Shown here: positions 11,741-19,900 of the stretch, one piece after another
Layout of the letters: every line of letters starts with the position of its first letter
How positions within the stretch are numbered: the stretch's first letter is position 1
NCBI GenBank assembly: GCA_020633125.1
Contig: JACKEH010000009.1
Span: 27,680 to 91,679 of the forward strand
Length of the DNA: 64,000 nt
Direction: 5' to 3'
Origin: Sandaracinus sp.
GTDB lineage: Bacteria; Myxococcota_A; Polyangia; Polyangiales; Houyiibacteriaceae
Translations under genes and position numbers: made by a program
Notes under the pieces: generated by a model
Database searches by the model: none
The model's input: only the letters and a program-made list of their open reading frames with translations
Told to the model about the DNA's origin: nothing

Positions 11741-13111
11741 GTGAAGGCCGCCGGGCTCGCGACTCTCCTCTGTCTCGTGGCGCTCGTGCCCGCGCGCGCG
11801 CAGGACGGCGTGGGCAACGAAGACGTTCCGCCCACCGACCTCGCCACGCTCCTCGAACGCGCCGAAGCGCGTTATCCGGCCCTGAGGGCCAACGAAGCCG
11901 CGGTTCGCGCGGCGCGGGCCCGCCTCGACGAAGCGCGCTTCTCGCCCTTCTTCCAGATCGACGCCCAAGGCGGGCTCACCATCGCGCCCCGCGCCGAAGG
12001 CACGCCGATCTTCTCGAACCAAGATCAGCTGCCGCTCGACAACGGTTGGGCGCCGGTGGCGGAGATCGGGGTTCGTGGCGCCATCCCCCTCTACACCTTC
12101 GGAAAGCTCCGTAACGCGTGGCGTGCGGGTCGCGCGGGCGTACGCGCCGCCGAGCTCGACGCCGAGCGTTCGCGCGCGCGGCTTCGCTACGACGTGCGTC
12201 GCGCGTACTTCGCGTTGCAGCTCGCGCTCGACATTCGGCAGATGATTCGCGAGGGCCGCGGCCAGCTCGATCGCGCGGTGCGAAAGCTCGACGAGCTGAT
12301 CGCCGAGGGCGACCCGGACGTGAACCCGATGGATCGTTTCCGCCTTCGCGCCGCGCTCGCGGAGGTCGACGCGCGGTCTTCACAGGCAGAGCGCCTCGAA
12401 GCCAGCTCGCGGGCAGCGCTCGAGACGCTCACGGGTGAGACGAGCGTGCGTATCCCGGACTGCCCCATTGCCCCCGTGGTGCTCGACGACGCAGCGCTCT
12501 CCGACGCGGATCCGAGCTCACGTCCAGAGCTCGGCATGCTGGATGCGTTGCTCGAAGCGCGCCGCGCCGCGGTCGAGATTCAACGCGGCAGCTACGGCCC
12601 CGACGTCGGCCTCGGATTCACCGCCGGCATCTCGTGGGGCCCCGGCATCACCGACCAAGAGAACCCCTTCGTCTCCGACGCGGCCAACCGCCCTTCCCTC
12701 GGCGCCGGCCTCGTCATGCGATGGAGCCTCGACTTCGTCGGCCAGACCTACCGCGTGCGCCGAGCGCGCGCGCAGCTCGAAGAGACGCAGGCCCGCGGCG
12801 ACGAAGCGCGCCTCGGCTTGCAGCTCGAGGTCGACCTCTCCCGTGAGGCGCTTCGGGACGCGATGCGCCGCGAAGAGGCCTGGGGCCGCGGAGAGCGCGA
12901 CACGCGCGCGTGGCTCGTCTCGGCGGCCCAGGCCTACGACATCGGCGCCGCGGAGCCCAAGGACCTCGTGGACGCCCTGAAGGCCTATTTCGAGGCCCGA
13001 TTCTCCCATCTGCAGGCGGTGCACGACCTCAACGTCGCCGCCGCGGAGCTTTCCCGTGTCACGGGTGGGGGGGTCAGCCCGACCGAGGGTTGGGAAGCCC
13101 CCTGCGACTGA
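11741..13111 (+). CDS. TolC-family outer membrane efflux protein
   Basis: GTG 11741 gives the signal peptide VKAAGLATLLCLVALVPARAQ. The mature part is two repeated helical halves with TolC/OEP-like wording (LATLLERAEARYPALRA..., AQAYDIGAAEPKDLVDALKAYFEARFSHLQAVHDLNVAAAELSRVTG). Confidence 0.8.
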   Translation: MKAAGLATLLCLVALVPARAQDGVGNEDVPPTDLATLLERAEARYPALRANEAAVRAARARLDEARFSPFFQIDAQGGLTIAPRAEGTPIFSNQDQLPLDNGWAPVAEIGVRGAIPLYTFGKLRNAWRAGRAGVRAAELDAERSRARLRYDVRRAYFALQLALDIRQMIREGRGQLDRAVRKLDELIAEGDPDVNPMDRFRLRAALAEVDARSSQAERLEASSRAALETLTGETSVRIPDCPIAPVVLDDAALSDADPSSRPELGMLDALLEARRAAVEIQRGSYGPDVGLGFTAGISWGPGITDQENPFVSDAANRPSLGAGLVMRWSLDFVGQTYRVRRARAQLEETQARGDEARLGLQLEVDLSREALRDAMRREEAWGRGERDTRAWLVSAAQAYDIGAAEPKDLVDALKAYFEARFSHLQAVHDLNVAAAELSRVTGGGVSPTEGWEAPCD

Positions 13112-13198
13112 CGCGGTCGGGCCGATTCGAGCGCCAGTCGAATAGAGCGTGAGGCTGGGGCGTCCATGCCCCCGCACCGCGCACCTTCCGGAGCCACG

Positions 13199-13798
13199 AT
13201 GCGACGCACGATCCTCCTCTCCTTCGCCTTCGTCCTCTCGTTCACTGCCTTCGCCGCGGCCCAACCCGCCGACGCGCAGCGTTTCCTTCAAGAGCGCAAC
13301 ACCACGGTGATGCGGGTCATGGAGCGCCCCGCGAGCGAGGCGCGTGACGCCGAGCTCACCCGCATGCTCGGCGAGCTGCTCGATTACGAGGAGCTCTCGC
13401 GTCGCGCGCTCGCGCGTCATTGGGGCGAGCACTCCGAAGCCGAGCGCGCCGAGTTCGTCGGCATCCTCAAGCAGCTCGTCGAGCGCAGCTACCGCTCGAA
13501 CCTGCAGCGCACCCTTCGCTACGAGATTCGCTACGAGTCCTCCGAGGTGCAGGGCGAGGACGTGCTCGTGAAGACCGAGGCACGCAACCGCAGCAACCGC
13601 CGCGCTCCGGCGGTCTCGATCGACTACGTCGTCGCGCGTCGTGGTTCGGCGTGGCGCATCGTGGACATCACGGTCGACGACGGCATGTCCATGGTCGACA
13701 ACTACCGCAACCAGTTCGAGCGCATCTTGCGCCGCGAGGGTTGGGAAGGGTTGATGACGCGGATGCGCGGTCGCCTGACCGAAGAGTCGGCCACCTGA
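13199..13798 (+). CDS. MlaC/Ttg2D-family phospholipid-binding periplasmic protein
   Basis: Signal peptide MRRTILLSFAFVLSFTAFAAAQ. Family-typical LLDYEELSRRALARHWGEHSEAERAEFVGILKQLVERSYRSNL and WRIVDITVDDGMSMVDNYRNQFERIL. Confidence 0.8.
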   Translation: MRRTILLSFAFVLSFTAFAAAQPADAQRFLQERNTTVMRVMERPASEARDAELTRMLGELLDYEELSRRALARHWGEHSEAERAEFVGILKQLVERSYRSNLQRTLRYEIRYESSEVQGEDVLVKTEARNRSNRRAPAVSIDYVVARRGSAWRIVDITVDDGMSMVDNYRNQFERILRREGWEGLMTRMRGRLTEESAT

Positions 13799-13825
13799 GC
13801 CACCCGAGCCACCCGAGCCACCTGG
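13790..13825 (+). repeat. 9-bp tandem repeat x4 (GCCACCYGR) spanning the stop codon of the mlaC-like gene
   Basis: gccacctga gccacccga gccacccga gccacctgg. The first unit contains the TGA stop (13796-13798). Confidence 0.85.
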
Positions 13826-13831
13826 GCTTCG

Positions 13832-13866
13832 ACGCCGCCGACTCGTTCGGCGGCGTTTCTCGTTCC
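13832..13866 (+). terminator. intrinsic terminator after the mlaC-like gene
   Basis: ACGCCGCCG-actcgtt-CGGCGGCGT hairpin followed by TTCTCGTTCCGTCC. Confidence 0.65.
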
Positions 13867-13940
13867 GTCCTTCGCAAAGGGGGCGGCGGGCATGACGGGC
13901 TCTCGCCCTCCGCGATTCTTTTCACGAGTCGGGCGCTGGC

Positions 13941-14020
13941 GCGGGCACGAGCACAGGCGCGGGCACGGGTGCGAGCAGAGGCACGCGGGCACACAGGCGC
14001 GGGCACGGGTGCGAGCAGAG
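13941..14020 (+). repeat. direct duplication (29-bp core cacaggcgcgggcacgggtgcgagcagag, 40-bp period)
   Basis: Identical 29-mers at 13952-13980 and 13992-14020. Confidence 0.85.
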
Positions 14021-14068
14021 GGGCACGGGCACGGGCACGGGCACGGGCACGGGCACGGGCACGGGCAC
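14021..14068 (+). repeat. hexanucleotide microsatellite (GGGCAC)x8
   Basis: Eight perfect GGGCAC units, intergenic, 66 nt upstream of the ATG at 14135. Confidence 0.95.
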
Positions 14069-14134
14069 GCGCGCTGTGTGAGCGCAGGTCGCACCCTTGC
14101 GTGGCTGGGCGATCCGGTTTAAAGCCGCCCCCGC

Positions 14135-14647
14135 ATGCGCCTCTACAGCGGAAAAGTCCCCGTCATCGCGGAAGATCTCCTTCGCGTCCTCACGGCCGAC
14201 GGCGACATCGAGGTCGAGAGCGCCGACGAGGTCCGCATGGACTTCGAGTCGGTCCTGAAGGAGTTCGTTCGTCGCGAGCGCCAGGTCACCGACGAAGCGA
14301 AGAACCAGATGGAGCGCGCGGGTCTGAGCTACTCGATGCTCGGCAAGATCAAGTCCCAGGTCGCCAAGGACATGGGCTTCCCCGAGCCGGACGAGCAGCT
14401 TCCCTACCTCGTCTCGCAGCTCCTCACGATGCTCTTCCACAGCAACAACGTCGCCGAGGTCTTCTCGGAGGACATGGACCTTCGCAAGAAGATCACGACC
14501 GTCCTTCGCAACCACACCTCGTCGGGCAACGAGCTCGACCGCGAGGTCCGTTCGAAGATCAAGAACCTGCAGGAAGGCACCGCGGCGTTCGAGATCGAGT
14601 ACGAGCGCGTCATGTCGCAGCTGAAGGCGCGCAAGGGCCTCACCTGA
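14135..14647 (+). CDS. DUF507-like conserved hypothetical protein
   Basis: 170-aa ORF starting MRLYSGKVPVIAEDLLRVLTADGDIEV..., charged and helical. It resembles the DUF507 family as I recall it from delta-proteobacteria. Normal, non-shadow amino-acid composition. Confidence 0.65.
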   Translation: MRLYSGKVPVIAEDLLRVLTADGDIEVESADEVRMDFESVLKEFVRRERQVTDEAKNQMERAGLSYSMLGKIKSQVAKDMGFPEPDEQLPYLVSQLLTMLFHSNNVAEVFSEDMDLRKKITTVLRNHTSSGNELDREVRSKIKNLQEGTAAFEIEYERVMSQLKARKGLT

Positions 14648-14670
14648 GCGCCTCGCGACACCCGAATGCG

Positions 14671-14700
14671 AAGAGCCCCGACCGTCTGGCCGGGGCTCTT
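14671..14700. terminator. hairpin between convergent genes (possible bidirectional terminator)
   Basis: AAGAGCCCCG-accgtctggc-CGGGGCTCTT, a perfect 10-bp stem with weak T-tracts on both strands. It is followed by a 15-bp direct repeat gctctttcgatcc(gt) x2. Confidence 0.5.
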
Positions 14701-14752
14701 TCGATCCGTGCTCTTTCGATCCCTGCTCTCTCGAGCTCGTCTTCGTTCGAGC

Positions 14753-15463
14753 TCAGGACTCGAGGCGAATCGGCCGGAACCAGCGGAGCAGCAAGAAGAG
14801 GTCGAGCGCGACCGCGAGCGCGCAGAGCACCGCCAGCACCAGCGCCCAGACGTACGTGCCTGGCGCCTCGTCGGCGAGCAGCACGAAGGTCTCCGAGCTC
14901 ACGGGCACGTCCATGCGGTCGAAGGTCCGCTGCACGGCCGAGAAACGGGAGCCGAGGTCCCCGACCGTGACGAGGCGGCCCGAGAACTCCCGGCGCGCGG
15001 AGGCGCGGTTCTCGAACCCGTCGTCCGCCGGCACCTGCACCAGGATTCGGCGCTGTCCCGCCAGCGGGAAGACCGCGTAGCGATCGCCGAAGACCCGCTC
15101 GTAGGTCACCCGGGTGCTGGCCATCGGGGTGCCCTCGAGGGTCACGAAGCTGTTCGAAGCCAGCGAGGCCGGGTCCACGGTGATCGCTTCGCCCACGGGC
15201 TCCGGTCGGTCGGCCGCGAAGAAATACGAGACGTCCGCACGCAGGGTCAGCAGCATCCCGATGGCCAAGGCGGCGCAGGCGGCCATGAGCGTCAGAGTGG
15301 CGAGCCGAGGACCGCGTGCCGGCGCGGGCAGCGCCAAAAGCTCGGGATCGACGCCCGCGGCGGGGCCGGAAAGCAGGATCTCGTCGCGTTCCACGGTGGT
15401 CACGAGGGGCTTGGACAACGGGTCGCCCGCTTTGTTCGCGGGGTCGTGGGCGACATGGTGCAC
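14753..15463 (-). CDS. hypothetical membrane protein (N- and C-terminal TM helices)
   Basis: This is the C-terminal ~236 aa of ORF 14753..16150. TM helix LATLTLMAACAALAIGMLLTL, a soluble beta-rich middle and the TM helix YVWALVLAVLCALAVALDLFLLL. Start guessed at GTG 15463 (alternative GTG 15481). The upstream part of the ORF collides with the plus-strand gene 15668..16030. Confidence 0.5.
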   Translation of the reverse strand: MHHVAHDPANKAGDPLSKPLVTTVERDEILLSGPAAGVDPELLALPAPARGPRLATLTLMAACAALAIGMLLTLRADVSYFFAADRPEPVGEAITVDPASLASNSFVTLEGTPMASTRVTYERVFGDRYAVFPLAGQRRILVQVPADDGFENRASARREFSGRLVTVGDLGSRFSAVQRTFDRMDVPVSSETFVLLADEAPGTYVWALVLAVLCALAVALDLFLLLRWFRPIRLES

Positions 15464-15582
15464 CGAGGTGGTTTCGCCCACAATCCCGGCGTCCACCGGG
15501 GCTTCGTTGCATCCCCGGCGGGCCCCTGCTAGACCGCGCGCCCCGCGAGACGACGCCGAAGGGCGCCTCGCACACGGATCAC

Positions 15583-15650
15583 GGTGGGAGATTCCCACCC
15601 GAAGACGGTGGGAATCACCCCACCCGGAAGACGTGGTGGGTATTCCCACC
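15583..15650 (+). promoter_or_regulatory. three tandem inverted repeats GGTGGGA-N-TCCCACC in a divergent intergenic region (candidate operator or 5'-UTR hairpins)
   Basis: GGTGGGAGATTCCCACC (15583-15599), GGTGGGAATCACCCCACC (15607-15624) and GGTGGGTATTCCCACC (15635-15650). The last two are preceded by GAAGACG. The array ends 18 nt before ATG 15668. Confidence 0.45.
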
Positions 15651-15667
15651 GATTGGAGCCAAGAACC

Positions 15668-16030
15668 ATGAAGCTCTCGCCCCTCCAGGCCGCCAAGAAG
15701 CGTTTCGGCATCGAAGAGTCCAACCCCACCCTCGCCCGCAAGGCGGTCAAGGAGAAGCTGGTCGACGCCGTCCAGAAGCTCACCGACGACGGCCTCTGGA
15801 TCGACCGCGTCAACGGGGACAAGGGCCTCTCGAGCGTCTCGAACCGCAAGCTCCTCCACCTCCTCGAGGTGCTCGAGGCGGTTCAGAAGCACGGCGGCCG
15901 CGCCAAGGTGATCGCGGACGTGGTCAGCCTCGAGGGCCGCAAGGACGAGACCTACGCGTCGCGCTTCGAGAAGTTCTCGACGCCGCGCCTCTGGGACGCG
16001 TACCGCACCGCGAAGAAGCGCGCGAACTGA
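15668..16030 (+). CDS. small basic hypothetical protein (120 aa)
   Basis: GGAG lies about 10 nt upstream of ATG 15668. MKLSPLQAAKKRFGIEESNPTLARKAVKEKLVDAVQKL... is Lys-rich with normal composition, unlike the overlapping shadow ORFs. No family recognised. Confidence 0.6.
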   Translation: MKLSPLQAAKKRFGIEESNPTLARKAVKEKLVDAVQKLTDDGLWIDRVNGDKGLSSVSNRKLLHLLEVLEAVQKHGGRAKVIADVVSLEGRKDETYASRFEKFSTPRLWDAYRTAKKRAN

Positions 16031-16185
16031 TCGCGTTCGCGCGAACGGATCACGCGTTCGCACGACCCGAGCGGGCCCTCCTCTGGAGCGGCCCGCTTTA
16101 TCGTGGGTGCCAGCGAGACGCCCCCACGAGCCGCCTGGCCCCCGCATCACGGTCCCCTTTCGCGACAGCCTGCTAGAACGTCCGC

Positions 16186-16857
16186 ATGCCGGGCGCGCCG
16201 CTCCTCGAGCTGCATCGCGTGGGGTTTCGGGCCGACGGGCGCGACATCCTCGCCGACGTCTCGCTCACGGTGCACGAAGGCGAGCTGCTCGGCGTGGTGC
16301 TGCAGCACGGCGCTGGCAAGTCGCTGCTCCTGTCGATCGCCGGCGGGCTCGTTCGGCCCACGCACGGCGAGGTCGTGTACCGTGGTCGTCGCATCACCGA
16401 GCTCGCGAGCAGCCCGCCGAAGCTCGGCTTCGTGTTCGAAGACGACGGTGGCCTGCTCGCCAACCTCTCGGTGTACGAGAACGTCGCGCTGCCGCTTCGC
16501 TACCACTTCGGTCTCGAAGGCGACGCGCTCGACGCGAAGGTCCGTGAAGCGCTCGGCCTCGTCGGGCTGGAGGACGCCGCGACCCACATGCCGTGGCAGC
16601 TCACCGGGGACCGACAGCGCCTCGCCGCGCTCGCCCGCGCCATCGCCTACGAGCCGGAGCTGATCTTCGTCGACGACTTCTACGTGAACGCCGACCAGGA
16701 CGCGTTTCGACGGATGCAGGAGTCCGTCGCGATCATGCGCGAAGCCCACGGCACGGCGTTCCTCCTGGCGGTCGACGGCAGCGGTGAATTCGGCATCACG
16801 GATCGGCTCTGCTTGGTCGATCACGGCACGGTGCTGGAGCTCGAACGGCCGGCGTGA
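16186..16857 (+). CDS. ABC-ATPase-like protein with degenerate catalytic motifs (MlaF-like fold)
   Basis: Overall ABC NBD layout, but Walker A is LQHGAGKS and the Q-loop is VFE. The signature is LTGDRQ instead of LSGGQ, and Walker B/D-loop is IFVDDFYVNAD instead of hhhhDEPxxGLD. There is no H-switch His (LLAVDG). Confidence 0.75.
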   Translation: MPGAPLLELHRVGFRADGRDILADVSLTVHEGELLGVVLQHGAGKSLLLSIAGGLVRPTHGEVVYRGRRITELASSPPKLGFVFEDDGGLLANLSVYENVALPLRYHFGLEGDALDAKVREALGLVGLEDAATHMPWQLTGDRQRLAALARAIAYEPELIFVDDFYVNADQDAFRRMQESVAIMREAHGTAFLLAVDGSGEFGITDRLCLVDHGTVLELERPA

Positions 16858-16917
16858 GCTCGCCGTGGGCGGCGCCATCCACCGGGCCGAAGTCGTCCGG
16901 AGGAGGCGAAGGAAGAC

Positions 16918-19900
16918 GTGCGTCTTTCGCCCGAGGGACTGCTACCCTCGCGCGCCGTGACGCTCGCGATCGACACCCTCGCGGTCCTCGACGAGCTGCC
17001 CGACGGGACCTGCGTCGCCTATCCGGTAGTCGAGCCGCAGCACGTCGCGGTCGGCAGCGAAGGGGACGTCTTGGCCGAGCTTCGGCTCTTCCTGGCGGAC
17101 GAGCTCGCCAGCGCGCCGCCGCACCGCATCGCGCGCTATGCGCTCCCCGAGTCGGCGGCCGCCCAGACGATGGAGATTCGGCTGCCGGAGCTCGAGCTGC
17201 CGGAGCGAATGCGCGCCGACGCCAGCGTGCCGATGACCGCCATCGTCATCCCACACGAGGGCGCGTCTTGGGTGCTGGTGCCGGCGCTCCGTCACGTCGT
17301 CTACGTGTCGAAGGGCGAAGCGCTCGAGTCGACCGCGATTCACGAGATCGAGCGGCACCTCCGCGCGCACGCCCCCAACGCCGCCGAGCGACTCGCGTTG
17401 CTTCCCCCGGCGGACACGCGCGTCGTCCCGCTGCGTCTGCTCGTCGACCGCGAAGGCGAAGCCGCACGGGGGGTCGCGCGTCAGAAGGAGCTCCTCGAAG
17501 CGCGGCGCCGCAAGGAAGCGCTCGCGGTGCTCGAGAGCGTGGGCACGCCGCTTCATGCGCTCCCGGACGGTCCGCCCGTCGTCGGACGCGAGGACGTCGT
17601 GCAGACCATGCACGGCCTGCTCGGCGGACGGGAACGACGCAGCGTCTTGCTCGTCGGCCCCGAACGCGTCGGCAAATCCGACGTGCTTCGCGCGTGGCTG
17701 CGCGGCCCGGGGCGCGGTCGCCGCGCGTTCGCGACGAGCGGCGCGCAGCTGATGGCGGGCATGAGCGGGCTCGGCCAATGGCAGGAGCGCCTGCGGCGCG
17801 TCGTGGCCGCGGCCGAAGAGCTCGACGCGCTCTTGGTCTTCTCGGATCTCACCGACCTCTTCGACCAGACCGGCAAAGGCAACGTCGACCTCCCGGCAGC
17901 GCTCAAGCCGGCGCTCGAAGAGGGCCGCGTGCGGGTGGTCGGCGAGCTCACGGAGGCCGCGGCCGATCGATTGCTCGGGCGGCACGAAGGCTTCTTTCAG
18001 AGCTTCCAGACCGTGCTCGTGCCCACGACCGATCGCAAACATGGACGTCGGCTGCTCGAAGCACGCGCGGCCCATGCGGTCGAGCAAGGGCGCCCCACGG
18101 TCGACGAGGGCGCGCTCGACGCGATGCTCGCGCTCGCCGAGCGCTACCTCGCGTACCGCGTGTTCCCAGGAAAAGCCGCGGAGCTCTTCGACGACGTGGT
18201 CGCCGCGTTCGAGCGGCCGGGCGTCGCGGCCGTCGATCTCGACGTCGTGCGTGCGTCCGACGTCTTTCGGCACTTCGCGACGACCAGCGGCATCCCCGAG
18301 GCGCTCTTGCGCGACGACCGCGCGCTCGAGCCCGATCGGCTTCGTGCGCGCTTCGAAGCGCGCATGGTCGGCCAACACGCCGCGGTCAGTGCCGTCGTCG
18401 ACACGCTCTGCGTGGTGAAGGCCGCGCTCGCGCCCGGCGACAAACCGCTCGCGACGTTCCTCTTCGCAGGGCCGACCGGCGTCGGAAAGACGGAGCTCGC
18501 GCGCGCGTTGGCGGAGATTCTCTACGGCGCCGACGACCGCCTCGTGCGCTTCGACATGAGCGAGTACGCGGACGCGTGGTCGGCGCGACGTCTGGTCGAC
18601 GGTGACGACGGCGGCGACGGCCTGCTCACGCGAAAGGTTCGCGAGCAGCCCTTCTCCGTGATCTTGCTCGACGAGATCGAGAAGGCGCATCCCTCCGTCT
18701 TCGACTTGCTGCTGCAGGTGACCGGCGAGGGACGACTGACCGACGGTCGAGGCCGCACCGCGCACTTCCACAACGCGATCCTGATCCTCACGAGCAACCT
18801 CGGCGCTTCGCACGGCGCACGCACGCTGGGCATCGACGCGCGCGCTTCCGCGGACGATCCGATGGACGCGATTCGAAAGCATTTTCGACCCGAGCTCGTC
18901 GGTCGCCTCGACCGCGTGATTCCTTTCCTCGCGCTCGGGCCCGAAGAGATCGCGCACGTCACGCGGCTCACCGTCGAGCGCGTCGTGCAACGTCGTGGGC
19001 TTCGCGATCGCGGCGTGGCGCTCGAAGTGAGCGAAGACGCGCTTCGGGTGCTGGCGACGGGCGGCTACGACGCCGTGTACGGCGCACGCGCGCTGCGACG
19101 CCACGTCGAGAGCGCGCTCGTCTCGCCGCTGGGCGACCTGCTCTCGTCGGTCGGTCGAGTCGCCGCGGGTAGCACCGTCTTCGTGCGCAGCGAAGACGCA
19201 TCACCGGCCGAGGGCGCACGTTTTCAGCGTGCGTCGCACGGACTGGTGCTCGAGCTCGTCGTGGGCGAGACCAAGGTCGCGCGTGCCGACCTTCGGGGCC
19301 TGGGCGACGCGACCACGTTGCGACGGGACCTCGCGAAGTGGATGGCGACGCCTGCGGTCGAACAGGTCGCCGAGGAAGTTCGCTCGACGCTGGTGCAACT
19401 CGCGATGCCGCGCTCGAAGGCGGAGCTCGCACGGGCCGGCGCCGAGCTCGCGCACCTTCAACGCGAGCTGCACCGCATGGGCAAACCCTGGGAGGAGCTG
19501 CAGCGACGCCAGAACGAGGTGCTCGAGCTCGAAGAGCTCTGCTTCGCGGCGTGGCTCGAAGGGGACACGGACGGAACGCTCGCCTCGTGGGCGGAGGAGC
19601 TTCCGGAGCTCCGTCACCGCGTGCGCATGGCGCTGCTCGCGACCTTGGTCGAGCGCACGCCGCGGCACGCGATCACGGTGCTCTGCGAAGAGCTCGACGA
19701 AGGCCGCTCGCTCGACGGATGGCTCGGGCCGCTGCTCGGCGATCTCGGGCGCCGCGGTTGGAGCGCGACCTTTCATCTTCACAAAGACTCGACCCCTTCG
19801 GGCGAGCCTTGGCCGACCGACCGTTCCTTCGGCCCGCCGCGTGACGCCGACTGGATGAAGGCGTGGCTCGCGCGGCCGGTGCGAGACCGCGCCATCGTGC

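Noticed and set aside
14021-14068. Possible CRISPR array.
   Set aside because: The period is only 6 bp with no spacers, and no cas genes are present in the window.
13892-14122. 76-aa ORF translating the hexamer repeat as (GH)n, and minus-strand ORFs giving (PC)n or (VP)n.
   Set aside because: The repeat is intergenic between a terminator and the next gene. There is no RBS, and the composition is implausible outside the repeat. I treat it as non-coding microsatellite.
15482-16150. Upstream part of minus-strand ORF 14753..16150.
   Set aside because: It overlaps the plus-strand gene 15668..16030, which has an SD and normal composition. It also overlaps the palindrome array, and its translation is low-complexity Arg/Gly/Ala.
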